From IMG/VR virus record IMGVR_UViG_3300012894_000004, positions 9,141 through 73,140 of that record: a stretch of 64,000 bases of DNA; one strand, 5' to 3'. The notes under the pieces are model-generated. The model was not told the DNA's origin. It did not search any database and saw only the letters and a list, made by a program, of their open reading frames with translations. This stretch comes from a virus. The position numbers and the translations under genes are program-made. Shown one piece after another: positions 27,584-37,644 of the stretch (its first letter is position 1; each line of letters opens with the position of its first letter).

Positions 27584-28626
27584 TGGGCAGCGGGCTGAGG
27601 GGTGGGTACTTCGTCCCAGGTGCGGCCGTCGAGCTGGCGGCCGGCTTTATGCTTGCCCACGCGGCGCATCGCGTAGCCGTCGGGAAATACCGAGAATTTC
27701 GTAGGCTCGCCAGTGGGCTCGGTGGCCAGCGTCATGCAGAAATGCTCGTATTCGCCCCACTGCTTGAATAGAAAGGACACGCCCGCCGCCTGGCATTGGT
27801 CACGCAGGCTTTCAGCCCACAGTGGGTGCATGGGGCGAGCGCCGTGGCCTGACTCACCCCCAACGATTACCCAGTCAATGCGGAAGATGTTGGCCCACCG
27901 CGTAAGGTCTACTGCTTCCAGCAACGGCTCGCAGCTGAGGAATCGAACGGCGGCAGGAACACCTGCTAAGGCCACTATGCGTTTATCAGCCTGCTCTTGG
28001 TTTTCGACCGATGTGCCTAGCCACACGTTAGCCGGTGGGGTGCCCTTAAGCCAGTTCATCAGCCAGCGCACCAAGTCGCGCTCCGTCGTGGGCCATTCAT
28101 CAATAGGGCGCCCATTGGTCCCATTTACCATAGCCAGGCTCATCATGAGGCCCTCCAGTATAGGGCGGATAAACTCCGGCCGCTTGGTGAGCAACAGCCA
28201 GTCCAGGTGCGGCGTGTCATGGATAAGGCGCAACAGGCGCAGGCGCTCGGTTTGCAGGTTCACGAAGCGCACTGTTCGGGTGCGGCCGCCACCGGTGGGC
28301 ACCTCGGCCGTCTGGCCGGCATAAGCCGCGCTCAGTGGGCTTTGCGGCTCGAACACGTCGGCCATCGAGGCGCAGAAGACCCGCAGGCGCTGGCCACCGG
28401 CCTGGGCCGCGCGGTTCCACTTCAGCGGCTTTTTCCAGTTGTCTTCGCTCTTGCCCAGCCGCGGCGCGTTCACGCCCCAGCACGTGCCCTGCTGGCTTTT
28501 AAGGCTGCTGTGGTGCAGCTGGTGCTGGCTGTTGGCGTAGCAGTTTTTGCAGCCGGGCGATACTTTGGCGCAGCCCTCCCAGGGGTTGAAGGTGTGGTGC
28601 GCCCACTCGATTTTAGTGTTTTCCAT
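27580..28626 (-). CDS. Phage Gp37/Gp68 (DUF5131) family protein
   Basis: KIEW...NPWEGCAKVSPGCKNCYA, LLTKRP, FLSCEPLL, WVIVGGESG, FKQWG. Confidence 0.9.
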   Translation of the reverse strand: MENTKIEWAHHTFNPWEGCAKVSPGCKNCYANSQHQLHHSSLKSQQGTCWGVNAPRLGKSEDNWKKPLKWNRAAQAGGQRLRVFCASMADVFEPQSPLSAAYAGQTAEVPTGGGRTRTVRFVNLQTERLRLLRLIHDTPHLDWLLLTKRPEFIRPILEGLMMSLAMVNGTNGRPIDEWPTTERDLVRWLMNWLKGTPPANVWLGTSVENQEQADKRIVALAGVPAAVRFLSCEPLLEAVDLTRWANIFRIDWVIVGGESGHGARPMHPLWAESLRDQCQAAGVSFLFKQWGEYEHFCMTLATEPTGEPTKFSVFPDGYAMRRVGKHKAGRQLDGRTWDEVPTPQPAAQ

Positions 28627-28642
28627 TTGAATAAGGCGGTTA

Positions 28643-28897
28643 CTAGTTGTGCTGGAGGTGTTTCGCTTTGATAGTGGCCAGGTCGTCGGGCGTGTAGGCC
28701 TCGCGACGGGCCTTGGCTACATCCTGGCGGCATAAGTCTTCGGTAAGCTCATCGACCTCGTAGCGCGCCCCGTTGTAGGTGCAGCAGCCCCAGTGGCGCG
28801 CTATCGAGAGGGGACTGTTGAGCCACTGCAGGCGGGGGAAGTAGTGCGGCTGGCGCGCGTCGTCGTAGGCCGCGGGTTTTATCTTGCTGGCTTTCAT
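28643..28897 (-). CDS. Hypothetical protein
   Basis: 84 aa. Confidence 0.5.
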   Translation of the reverse strand: MKASKIKPAAYDDARQPHYFPRLQWLNSPLSIARHWGCCTYNGARYEVDELTEDLCRQDVAKARREAYTPDDLATIKAKHLQHN

Positions 28898-28910
28898 AAT
28901 GGGTAGGGGG

Positions 28911-30098
28911 CTAGCCGCGGCGGCTCGGGCCGCTTAAGGGGATGATGTTGCAGAGCTCGTAGAGGCGGTCGATGGCCGGCTCGGTGTAGAGGTCGATGAG
29001 CGAGGGCATGCCGGCCTTGATGGACTCCTCGCTCGGCTCCAGCGGGTTGTTGCTCGTCAGGTGCGTGCCCCAGAGCGGCAGGCGGCCGGCCTGCACGGCG
29101 GCGTAGCGGCTCATGATGACCTTTTGCAGCGGCACCACGACGTTTCCCATGTGCTGGTGCTTGTGCGGCTGCTCGCGGGCCACGTCGTCGAAGCACAGCG
29201 CCCGCCCGCCCTCGCCGCAATACAGGCGCTGGGCTGGGCTCACAAGGGCGCGCTTGCCGTCGTTGGCCAGCAAATCCTCCTTGAACACGTCGCTCACCTT
29301 CTGGGAGGTGACCATGCCGTAGGGCCGGCGCGGGTTCTGGCGAAACGCCTCCAGCGTGATGGTCTTGCCCACGCCCACGCCACCGAGTACGGCCAGGCCT
29401 TTGTCAAGCGAGAGCGTGCCGAAGCCCCAGGCCTCGCCCAGCGTCACGAACTCGCGGTCGCCGGCGAAGTAGTAGCAGAGCAGCTCGAATACCCGGCGGT
29501 TGTGGGCATCGAGCACGAAGTCGAAAGCGGGCAGGCGGCGGTCGGCTACGGCCTGGCCCTGGCGCAGCGCCCAGCTGCGCACGCTCTCGAAGTTCACGGC
29601 CAGGGTCGGGGCGGCGGGGCGCGGCGCGTGCTTGGCCTGGTAGTCGTGGTAGGCCGCCTTGCGGTTGCCCCACTCCAGCAGCTGGCCCGCGGCCAGGGCA
29701 GCCTCGGTTTCGGCGGGAGTAAGTTCCACGTCAGCCGCCTTGGCGGGGTAGTAGGGCTCGGGCTCGGTGCTGGTTTCGCGCAGCACGTAGCCCAGGCCGC
29801 CGTCGAAGTCGCAGGATACGAGGTCGCAGTTGAGCAGCTGCCAGGTGTGGTGCTGCCGGTAGAGCACGCCGTGCTTGGCCGTTTTGGCTTTGGCCAGCGC
29901 GCCGTGGGCCTGGGCCGGGGTGAGCTGCACCTCGTTAGGCGACTCAGGCGGCAACGCCGGCGGGCGCATCGGCTGCGGGGGCTGGGGCGGGGCGGTTGCG
30001 GCCGTAGCTGGCGGCTGGGAGGGCGCTGACGCGGCCGGTGCCGGGGCTGCCAGAGCTTGGGCCACTAGGTTTGCGAGCGGATTGGGTGCCATCGTCAT
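28911..30098 (-). CDS. P-loop ATPase, DnaC/IstB-like helicase loader
   Basis: GGVGVGKT, LCFDD, HLTSN, DRLYE; follows initiator. Confidence 0.8.
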   Translation of the reverse strand: MTMAPNPLANLVAQALAAPAPAASAPSQPPATAATAPPQPPQPMRPPALPPESPNEVQLTPAQAHGALAKAKTAKHGVLYRQHHTWQLLNCDLVSCDFDGGLGYVLRETSTEPEPYYPAKAADVELTPAETEAALAAGQLLEWGNRKAAYHDYQAKHAPRPAAPTLAVNFESVRSWALRQGQAVADRRLPAFDFVLDAHNRRVFELLCYYFAGDREFVTLGEAWGFGTLSLDKGLAVLGGVGVGKTITLEAFRQNPRRPYGMVTSQKVSDVFKEDLLANDGKRALVSPAQRLYCGEGGRALCFDDVAREQPHKHQHMGNVVVPLQKVIMSRYAAVQAGRLPLWGTHLTSNNPLEPSEESIKAGMPSLIDLYTEPAIDRLYELCNIIPLSGPSRRG

Positions 30099-30999
30099 TG
30101 GTGAGGGTGCGGTAGCGCTGGGTGATGTTGTGGGCGAGGATGCGCAGGGCGCGCTGCATGTCGCCGGCGGCGAAGCGGCCAAGCTCGGAAAGGGCCTGCT
30201 GCTCGCTGACCGGGCCGAAGGGCTTGCCGATTTCGGCGGCGTAGTGGGCGTAGGTGGCCCAGGCTGCGCGGAAGGCAGGGGGCTCAAAGGGCGGCGTCAG
30301 GTTGTCGGGCCACGCGCCTTCGAAGTCCCGGTAGCCAGCGGGGGGGCGGCCCGCAACCGGGGGGGCTTTTCGCGCCAGCTGGGCTCGCAGGTGCTGCACC
30401 TCGGCTTGCAAGTCCCCTATTTTTTTTTGCAGCTCCCACCGCTCACCCGCACCCAGTGGGTGTTGTTGGTCTAATTGGTGGTCTTGTTGGTCTCCTAATA
30501 CGCGCGACCCATTGTGTCTAGGTTGAGCGCCAATTGTGTCTAGGTTGGCCGACCCATTGTGTCTAGGTTCAGCGCCAAAAGTGTCTAGGTTGGAGGCGGT
30601 TTGAACCTCGCCAACCTCGCCACTTTGTCTAGGTTGAGCGCCATTTGTGTCTAGGTTGGCCGCGTCAAAAGTGTCTAGGTTGGCGAGGTTCAAGGTGGCC
30701 AAGGCGGTGGCTCGGGCAGCTTCCGTTTCGGCCAGGTAGCAGGCCCGCAGGGCAGGGGTAGGGGCTAGGCGGCGGGCTTTGCCCGCGCCCGGCGCCTGCA
30801 AGAGCCCCCGGGCCTCGAGCGTCGTGAGTTGGCGCGTAATCGTGCGCTCGGTACTGCCTAGCGCCGTAGCCAGGTAGGGATTGGTGGCACGGCACCACCC
30901 ACCTGCCGCCTCGGCCAACTGGCATACCTCTATCAGCACCGCTTTGGAGGTGCCGCCGAGCTGAGGTAACGCAAGAATGGTTTGGCGGATGGGTAACAT
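29944..30999 (-). CDS. Phage replication initiator (N-terminal wHTH, internal iterons)
   Basis: ATNPYLATALGSTERTITRQLTTLEARGLL; NLDT repeats arising from DNA iterons. Confidence 0.82.
   Translation of the reverse strand: MLPIRQTILALPQLGGTSKAVLIEVCQLAEAAGGWCRATNPYLATALGSTERTITRQLTTLEARGLLQAPGAGKARRLAPTPALRACYLAETEAARATALATLNLANLDTFDAANLDTNGAQPRQSGEVGEVQTASNLDTFGAEPRHNGSANLDTIGAQPRHNGSRVLGDQQDHQLDQQHPLGAGERWELQKKIGDLQAEVQHLRAQLARKAPPVAGRPPAGYRDFEGAWPDNLTPPFEPPAFRAAWATYAHYAAEIGKPFGPVSEQQALSELGRFAAGDMQRALRILAHNITQRYRTLTNDDGTQSARKPSGPSSGSPGTGRVSALPAASYGRNRPAPAPAADAPAGVAA
30515..30681. repeat. Seven TGTCTAGGTT iterons, probable phage origin
   Basis: Copies start at 30515, 30537, 30560, 30582, 30626, 30648, 30672. 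Confidence 0.85.
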
Positions 31000-31065
31000 G
31001 TAAGGGAAATCAGGGCAGGTAGGATAAGCCCCCGGCCAGCAGCAGCCAGGGGCGCAGGCAGCGGC

Positions 31066-32621
31066 CTACACGTAGTTGTTGAGCATCACCGGCATGACGA
31101 GCATGAGCACGTTTTCCTGCTCATCCTGCTGCGCCGGCTCCAGTAGGCCCGCCCGGCTGGGGGTGCTCATGCTCAGGCTTACCTCCTCGTTGTCGAGGGC
31201 GCCGAGCATCTGGTGCAGGAAGTCCGCGTTGAAGCCGATGTCCATGTTTTCGCCGTCGTACTGGCAGGCCAGTGTCTCGCGCGCCTCGTTGCCATAGTCC
31301 AGGTCATCGGCGGCCAGCGTGAGCTCGGCGCCGGCCAGGCTCAGGCGAATCTGATGCGTGGTCTTGTTGCTCATCAGGGCGCAGCGCTGGCTGGCCCGTA
31401 GCAGTTCGGGGCGGCTGATGAGCAGCTTGTTGGGGTTGCTGAGGGGAATGACGTTCTCGTAATCTGGGTACCGCTCGTCGATGAGGCGGCACACCAGGCG
31501 CAGCGTGCCCATTTCGAAGAAGGCGTTGCTGGTGCCCCACTTCACGCGTACCGGCGTAGTCTCGGCCGGCAGCGTGGCCTTGAGCATTTTCCAGGCCTTG
31601 CCCGGCACAATAGCGCGCTTGATGGCGCCCGGGCAGCCCACGTCGAGCCGGCGGAAGCGCAGCAGCCGGTGGCCATCGGTGGCCACGAACGTGACGCTGC
31701 CCGGCTCCAGCTCCACGAGCACGCCCGTCATGGCGGGTCGCAGCTCGTCGGTGCTGATGGCAAAGTTGGTTTTGCTGTAGGCCCGGGCCAGCGTTGAGGA
31801 GGGAATCTCCATCGAGCTGAAGGGCCCGGGCACCGGCACTTTGGGGTAGTCGGCTGCATGCTCGCCCGTGAGCTTGTAGCGACCGTTGGCCGAATTTACC
31901 TGGGCGTGGTGCTGCTCCTCGTCCACGTCGAAGGTGATGGGCTGGTCGGGCAGCTGCTTGAGCAGGTTCAGCAGCAGGCGCGAGGGTAGGCAGATACGCA
32001 GTTCGTTTTTGCTGCTCTCGACGGGCAGGGAGGTCGTAATGGAGGTTTCCAGGTCGGAAGCCGTAATCTGCAGCGTGCCCTTGGCTACTTCGAAGAGAAA
32101 GTTGCTGAGCACGGGCACCACCGGGTTGCCCGGAATGACGGCGGCCAGGGGCTGAAGTGTTTTGAGCAGGGCGGAGCTGCTAACGATGAATTTGGGCATG
32201 ACAAGCGGGGCGGCCGCTGGAGCGGGCGCGGGGATAGGGGTTGGTTGAGGGGTAGGTAGCTTGAGCCAAGTGCGGGCGTTTGACTCGAAGAGGGCAGCGT
32301 ATTCCGGCCTGGCGTCGAGTGTGGCCGGCGTTTGAACTGGAAAGTCACTGCCTGAAAAGAAGGCGCGTTGCCCCTCTCCAGAAGGCCCCATACCGAAGCG
32401 CACATTGGGGGCGAACGTGTTATAATTTCCTGCTGTCACGTACAGCGTGCCCGTCTCCCCGGCATGGGGAGCAATCAGTGAGAAAGTGATGCCGCTAGCT
32501 TGGAGCTTATCAGCTAGGCCAGCGCAATGCGTGTTTATTTCCTGTAGGGCAACAGGTAAAAGTTCTTGAAAAGCAAGCTTATCCTCAGGCGATAATCTGT
32601 CGCTAAGTTTAGGCTTAGCCA
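31066..32621 (-). CDS. dnaN: DNA polymerase III beta clamp with N-terminal extension
   Basis: MPKFIVSSSALLK...ASDLE...VATDGHRL...YPDYENVIP...LMLVMPVML; start uncertain (GTG 32621, or ATG 32199 for clamp only). Confidence 0.9.
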
Positions 32622-33118
32622 CGGCTGCCCCCTTTCGCTTTTGAGCGGTCATACTGGCCACGGCCCACGCCAGGCTGCTTGGTTGCTGCCCGCAGCGCAG
32701 GCTGCGCAGCTGGCTGGCCAGGCGTAGCTTCCGGCAAGTGGAGCACGTAAAGCGAGGCACCGGGGGCCTGGTCCGAAGTCTGCGCCTGCGTATCAAGGGT
32801 GCAGGCGACCGTATTGACTTGCTCAGGCTGCTGCGCAAAGAAGGGCGTAGCCGCGGGCAGGCACTGGAAGCGTAGCCCCTTGGTTTTGCCCGACAACGCG
32901 TTGAGCTGTGGCTGCCCACTCTGACCATTCGGCCAGTGTGCCAGCAGCCAGCGCTCGCCTTCCTCATCGTAGCATAGGGTAGCGGACTCGCCAGGCTCAG
33001 CACCAATAGCTTCTGTGGCGGCTGTATTAAGGCTGTGCGCCCCTTTGCGGCGCAGTGAGATGCTCGGCGCCATCGTTTTAGCCCCCTTCGGGCTAGGCTG
33101 GAAAAATGTAAGTTTCAT
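32615..33118 (-). CDS. Hypothetical protein
   Basis: 167 aa. Confidence 0.55.
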   Translation of the reverse strand: MKLTFFQPSPKGAKTMAPSISLRRKGAHSLNTAATEAIGAEPGESATLCYDEEGERWLLAHWPNGQSGQPQLNALSGKTKGLRFQCLPAATPFFAQQPEQVNTVACTLDTQAQTSDQAPGASLYVLHLPEATPGQPAAQPALRAATKQPGVGRGQYDRSKAKGGSRG

Positions 33119-33184
33119 GCCTTTGAGGAAGAAGAATGAAAAAATGAGGGGGCTGGCCTGTCGGGGGCTAGCCCCTTTTTGCGT

Positions 33185-33904
33185 TTAGTCGTCGTGGCCG
33201 GCGGCCGCGTCCTTGCCCCGCTTTTTGCCGCTACCCGAGAAAGTGAGCGTCACCGTGCCGCCGGCGGTCTGGGCTAGCTCGTCGAGAAAGTCCGTCTGCT
33301 GCTCCTGCACGTAGGGGGCGCTCTTGCCAGCCAGGTAGAGCTTTACTTCCTTATCGCACCCGGCCAGCTCGGTGCCGAGCGTAAACAGGTGCTCGTATTC
33401 CAGGCCGGTGGGCTTGTCGGGGTCGAGCACCTCGTGCGGGGTGGTGAGGTTGACCACCTTGCCGAAGCGCGTGGTTTTGCGCCCCAGAATCACCACGCCG
33501 CCCTTATCGGAGTAGGCGTAGCCCGTCACGGCGTAGTCCTTGAGCTCGGGCAGCTCCGAGAGCTTGCCGTCGTCGAGCAGCCAGCGAAAGGGCTGGCTGT
33601 CGTTTTTAAGCCACTCCTCGCCCTGCTGCACGCCCGGCAGCATCTCCAGCATGAGTAGGAAGTGGGGCAGCACCCGGGCGAAAGCCGCCTCGAGGTCGGC
33701 GTGGGCGGGGCGGTGGTGCAGGGCCGTTTTCTCGGCAAAGCCGCCGGCCTCGCCCTCGCTGTACTCGGCGTAGAGTGTGGAATCCTTGCGGTTGAGCTTC
33801 ACCTTGGTGAGCATCCGGTCGGTGTCGGGTGCGTCTGACTGGGCTGGGGTCGCGTCGGTAGCATCGAAGTGCTCATTGCCGCCGGTGAGATAGGCTTCGC
33901 GCAT
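33185..33904 (-). CDS. Conserved-looking phage early protein
   Basis: 239 aa; HADL, GKVVNLTTP, YLAGK motifs. Confidence 0.65.
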   Translation of the reverse strand: MREAYLTGGNEHFDATDATPAQSDAPDTDRMLTKVKLNRKDSTLYAEYSEGEAGGFAEKTALHHRPAHADLEAAFARVLPHFLLMLEMLPGVQQGEEWLKNDSQPFRWLLDDGKLSELPELKDYAVTGYAYSDKGGVVILGRKTTRFGKVVNLTTPHEVLDPDKPTGLEYEHLFTLGTELAGCDKEVKLYLAGKSAPYVQEQQTDFLDELAQTAGGTVTLTFSGSGKKRGKDAAAGHDD

Positions 33905-33930
33905 GGCAGGGCTAGGGTAGGAGTGAGAAA

Positions 33931-34275
33931 TCAGGCGTTATCGCGGAAGTCCTCAAGGCCGCTGAGCAGCGACTGCAGCTGGCGGATGCGCGCGGCCGCT
34001 TCCTCCTGGTTGTCGTGCACGTAGTGCACGAGCGTGAGCGTTTTCTCGCGCTTGGGCAGCAGCGGGTGCTGGCACAGGCGCTGCACTTCCGCGCGCTGGG
34101 CAGGCGAGATGGGTAGCGCCGGGTTGTCGACCAGGTTGGTAAAGTGGCCGGCGCCCTGCTGCAGGCGGGCTTGCCCTTCGGGGCCGGCGCCGGCGGCCAG
34201 GTTGCGGAAGAAGTCGGCCAGGCCAGTGTGCGTAAAGGGCGAGGGGTTCTCGGGAGCTTTCACGGTCAGGTTCAT
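33931..34275 (-). CDS. Hypothetical protein
   Basis: MNLTVKAPENP..., 114 aa. Confidence 0.55.
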   Translation of the reverse strand: MNLTVKAPENPSPFTHTGLADFFRNLAAGAGPEGQARLQQGAGHFTNLVDNPALPISPAQRAEVQRLCQHPLLPKREKTLTLVHYVHDNQEEAAARIRQLQSLLSGLEDFRDNA

Positions 34276-34519
34276 TATCTTTGTGCCCGAAGGCTTTTGT
34301 TGATTGCGAAATCGAAAAAGTGTTGGGCAGCTCCGGGGTGCGACCTGGGCTGCCCATTTTGCATTTTGGGCTAGCCCAGCCAGGCGGCGGCCAGTAGCAG
34401 CATGCCCAGGCTGGCCAGGCAGGCGGTTTCGGCGGCGCGGTGGGTGGCGGCCAGGCTCGCCTGCCGCACTCGGGTCACGAGCTCCGAGGCCCGGCAGCGC
34501 AGAAAAAGGCGGGGCACTT

Positions 34520-34849
34520 TCATAGCTGGGCGCAGCTAAAGCCCACGGCCTGGCGCAGGCCAGTTTCGAGGGCGGCGGCAAAGTGCGCGGGACAGGCGCT
34601 GGCGCTGCCCGCCACCACGTACACCTTTATGTCGGCCGCGCCCCCGCTGGCGATAGCCTCGTAGCTGGGGCCAGTGGAGTAGCCCACGTCGGCGCGCAGT
34701 ACCAGGCGGGTGTGGCCGGCGGCCAGGGCCAGGGGCAGCAGCTGCGCGTGCAGGGCGGGCAAATCCAGCCAGCCGGGGGCGGCCGGGGGGCTGACAAGGG
34801 CGACTACCTGGTAGGCAGCCGGCTCGTCGAAGGTGAGGGAAAGCTCCAT
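34520..34849 (-). CDS. Hypothetical protein
   Basis: 109 aa. Confidence 0.45.
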   Translation of the reverse strand: MELSLTFDEPAAYQVVALVSPPAAPGWLDLPALHAQLLPLALAAGHTRLVLRADVGYSTGPSYEAIASGGAADIKVYVVAGSASACPAHFAAALETGLRQAVGFSCAQL

Positions 34850-35271
34850 CGTGCGAAATGGGAAAAAGGGTTAGGAAAGCAGGGCGTCGAGGCCCGCCAG
34901 CACCCAGCCGGCCCGCCAGCACCCAGCCGGCCAGGTAGAGCAGGCCCAGGGCCAGTAGCACCGCCCGCAGGCGCACGGGGCGCACCGGTTGCAGGCCGGG
35001 GCGGCCCGGCTGACAGCGGTCGAGGGTGGCGTCGAAGGCGGCGGTGTAGCGGCGTTTCATGGCAGGGGGGTGTAGCTGAGAAGTACTTGCGGGGCCAGCC
35101 GGGGCTGAATGGGCTCGGTGAGGGCCCGCACGGGGTAAAAGCGGTTGTCGTCGTGGGCGTGGAAGGCTAGTAGCGCCGGGCCCTGGCTGCGGGGCACCAC
35201 GTGCAGGCGCGAGCGGGCGCCGGGGCCGGCCGGCATCGCCGAGTAGGGCGGGTGCATGCGGTCGGTGCGCC

Positions 35272-35625
35272 TCAGTCCTGAGGCTGGGTTTGCTTGTAGA
35301 AATCGCGCACGGCCTGCTCGCACACCGAGTAGCGGTTGCCCAGGTACTGGTGGGCGATGCGGCCGCTGGCCACGAGCTCGCGGGCTTTGTCGGCGCCGCA
35401 GCCCAGGCGCATTTTCAGGCGGTCGTCGTAGCCCCGGCCGGGGGTGGCCTTCTCGCCGAGGTGGTAGGTGCGGGCCAGCCGGTCGGCCTCCACCTCGGCG
35501 GCGGCGCGGGCTGCCTCCTGCTGCCCGTGCACGCTGGCCAGGTAAGCCCGCTGCGCAGGCTCGCTCATGAGCAGGTTGTAAGACGTCCCCTCCAGGTGCA
35601 GGGTCGCAGTGAGAACAGCTTTCAT
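35272..35625 (-). CDS. Excisionase-like HTH DNA-binding protein
   Basis: RLGCGADKARELVASGRIAHQYLGNRYSV resembles Xis/HTH_17. Confidence 0.65.
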   Translation of the reverse strand: MKAVLTATLHLEGTSYNLLMSEPAQRAYLASVHGQQEAARAAAEVEADRLARTYHLGEKATPGRGYDDRLKMRLGCGADKARELVASGRIAHQYLGNRYSVCEQAVRDFYKQTQPQD

Positions 35626-35888
35626 CTCAGGGACTTAAGAAAGGGTGAGGGGGCAGGCCGACAGGCGCCGGCGCCGGGTGGTTTCGTCGGCCACCACGAA
35701 GGCCGTTTCTTCCGCCAGGCGCGGGTGCTGGCGGCTGGTTTCGGCCGCTACCCGGGCCACTTCGCTCAAGGGGGCGAAGCGCACGAACAGGGGCGGCATG
35801 TAGTGCTGGCGCACTTCGGCCAGCTCGGGCAGGTTGACGACGGGGCGTGCGGCGGCGGGGGCCGTGTTGAGGTACATCGACTCCACGG

Positions 35889-36311
35889 CTAGGCAGCTTT
35901 GCGCAGGGCGGCGTGGCCAGCTGGGTACATGGGAATCACTACGGCCTCGGTGCAGCGCTCCACGGCCAGGCATTCAGCCGAGTCGGTGATGTCGATTTCG
36001 GTGAAGAGCAGATGCACGCCCCCGAACCAGCGCTCGAGTTGGCCAGCTTCCGGAAAGCGGCGGGCCTGGCGGCCGGCGTAGGTGGTGCACTCCAGGGGGC
36101 TCGCCGGCACGTAGGCCAGCAGGCGCCAGAGCTTGCCGGCAGCATCGTAGCACGCGTTCTGGCCCAGCACGGGCAGCACGGTGCCGGCGGGGCGGCGCAC
36201 CAGCTCATCGAGCAGGTGCAGCAAGTCGCCGTCTTTAAAGCCGTCGGCTAAGTCGTAAAACTGTTTCGGCTCCAGGGCCGAGCGAAGGGAGGGAACGAGG
36301 GTATTCTCCAC
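35889..36311 (-). CDS. Hypothetical protein
   Basis: 140 aa. Confidence 0.55.
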   Translation of the reverse strand: MENTLVPSLRSALEPKQFYDLADGFKDGDLLHLLDELVRRPAGTVLPVLGQNACYDAAGKLWRLLAYVPASPLECTTYAGRQARRFPEAGQLERWFGGVHLLFTEIDITDSAECLAVERCTEAVVIPMYPAGHAALRKAA

Positions 36312-36359
36312 GGTGCGAATGGAAAGAATGGGGGAAAAGGTGAAGGCGTAGGGGAGGGG

Positions 36360-36602
36360 CTAGGCGGCCACGGCGGGCAGCTTCTCGGGATTGGCCGCGG
36401 CCCAGGCCGCGTAGCCGGCGGGGTCGGTTTCCTCAGCCAGCTGCAGCACGGCGGGCCAGTACTTGGCGCGGGGATTTTCACTCAGCACCACGTCGCTCAT
36501 GGTCTGCTTCTGCTTGCAGCCGGTGCGCTCGACAAGCGTGCGCGAGAAGCCGGCCGGCATGAGCTCCCGGATGCGCTGAGGGGCTTTTTTTTCAGGGTCC
36601 AT
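36360..36602 (-). CDS. Cro-like small regulator
   Basis: 80 aa, divergent from repressor, first gene of early operon. Confidence 0.6.
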   Translation of the reverse strand: MDPEKKAPQRIRELMPAGFSRTLVERTGCKQKQTMSDVVLSENPRAKYWPAVLQLAEETDPAGYAAWAAANPEKLPAVAA

Positions 36603-36647
36603 AAGCGGGGGGTGTAGTACCTTGTAGGGGTAGTAGTAAGAGTATGA

Positions 36648-36688
36648 CAAATGTACGAAATTGATTACATCTAGTATCATCAATTTCG
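36648..36688. promoter_or_regulatory. Immunity region: leftward -7 promoter element plus palindromic operator
   Basis: TACATTTG on minus strand (36648-36655); CGAAATTGAT-N13-ATCAATTTCG (36656-36688). Confidence 0.7.
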
Positions 36689-36709
36689 CATACAAACCCT
36701 AAAAAAGTC

Positions 36710-37618
36710 TTGGACAAACCAGAAGAGCCTATACATCAGCGACTTAATTTGCTGATACAAACCCTTGAGGAAGGAGTGCAGCGTCGCTTCGCCCTTAAGG
36801 TGGGTATTGCTGCGGGTGTAGTGAATGACATTCTCGGGGTGCGCAAAAGCAAACCCGGATTTGACATTATCAGCAAAATCTTACAGGCGTATCCGCAGAT
36901 GCGTGCTGAATGGCTGATGCGGGGCGAGGGCGAAATGCTCAAATCCGCGGAATCATTAAAAAATAATTCCGTATCATCCCGCCCGGCCCCTGTGGAGTTG
37001 CACATTGCGCCCGATACAACGGGCAATAAGAAAGCACCCTGGATTAACTATAAAGCCGCAGCTAACTACTTGACTGGCTACCAAAGTCAGGAGCGTTACG
37101 AGGAGTCAGAAATGCTTTCTCTGCCGCCGGAATTCATGCCAGGCAAGCAGCCCTATACAGCATTCACCGTCACGGGCGAGTCAATGGAGCCCACCTTTTT
37201 TGCCGAGGATATCGTGCTCTGCCAGCAAATTCCGCAAACGCAATGGCTCGACTTGCGCCACGAGCGGCTAGCCGTGGTGGTAAGCCGCACCCACGGTATT
37301 CAGCTTAAGCGCGTCACTGTGCGCAAGGAGCTACGCCTACTGCGCTGCCGCTCGGATAATCCGCGTAGTATCGCCTTCGATATCAGCCTGAACGATGAGG
37401 GAGATAGCCAGTCCGATGTGCTAGAGCTCTGGTCATTCGAATGGATGCTGACTAAGCGTAACGACCCACCTATCCGTGAGCCACTCGCCCGGGTCGCCAA
37501 CATTGAAAACGAGGTGGGCGACCTGCGCTATCTCATCGAATCAATGCTCGACGAGCGCGAGATGGCGCGCCGGCTACGCGAGCGCGACCGTCGAAAAAAT
37601 ACTCCTACCGGAGAGTAG
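36710..37618 (+). CDS. CI/LexA-like repressor (HTH plus S24 peptidase)
   Basis: N-terminal HTH, WLMRGEGEM, VTGESMEP (Ser), LKRV (Lys). Confidence 0.9.
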   Translation: MDKPEEPIHQRLNLLIQTLEEGVQRRFALKVGIAAGVVNDILGVRKSKPGFDIISKILQAYPQMRAEWLMRGEGEMLKSAESLKNNSVSSRPAPVELHIAPDTTGNKKAPWINYKAAANYLTGYQSQERYEESEMLSLPPEFMPGKQPYTAFTVTGESMEPTFFAEDIVLCQQIPQTQWLDLRHERLAVVVSRTHGIQLKRVTVRKELRLLRCRSDNPRSIAFDISLNDEGDSQSDVLELWSFEWMLTKRNDPPIREPLARVANIENEVGDLRYLIESMLDEREMARRLRERDRRKNTPTGE

Positions 37619-37644
37619 AGAAACCCTGAAAACTGCGCTCACCT

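Noticed and set aside
30515..30681. Regularly spaced repeats as a CRISPR array
   Set aside because: The repeat is only 10 bp with about 12-bp semi-conserved spacers, lies inside a CDS, and there are no cas genes; fits iterons
32622..33006. 646-aa version of DnaN
   Set aside because: The upstream part overlaps the 32615-33118 gene in another frame and looks non-coding
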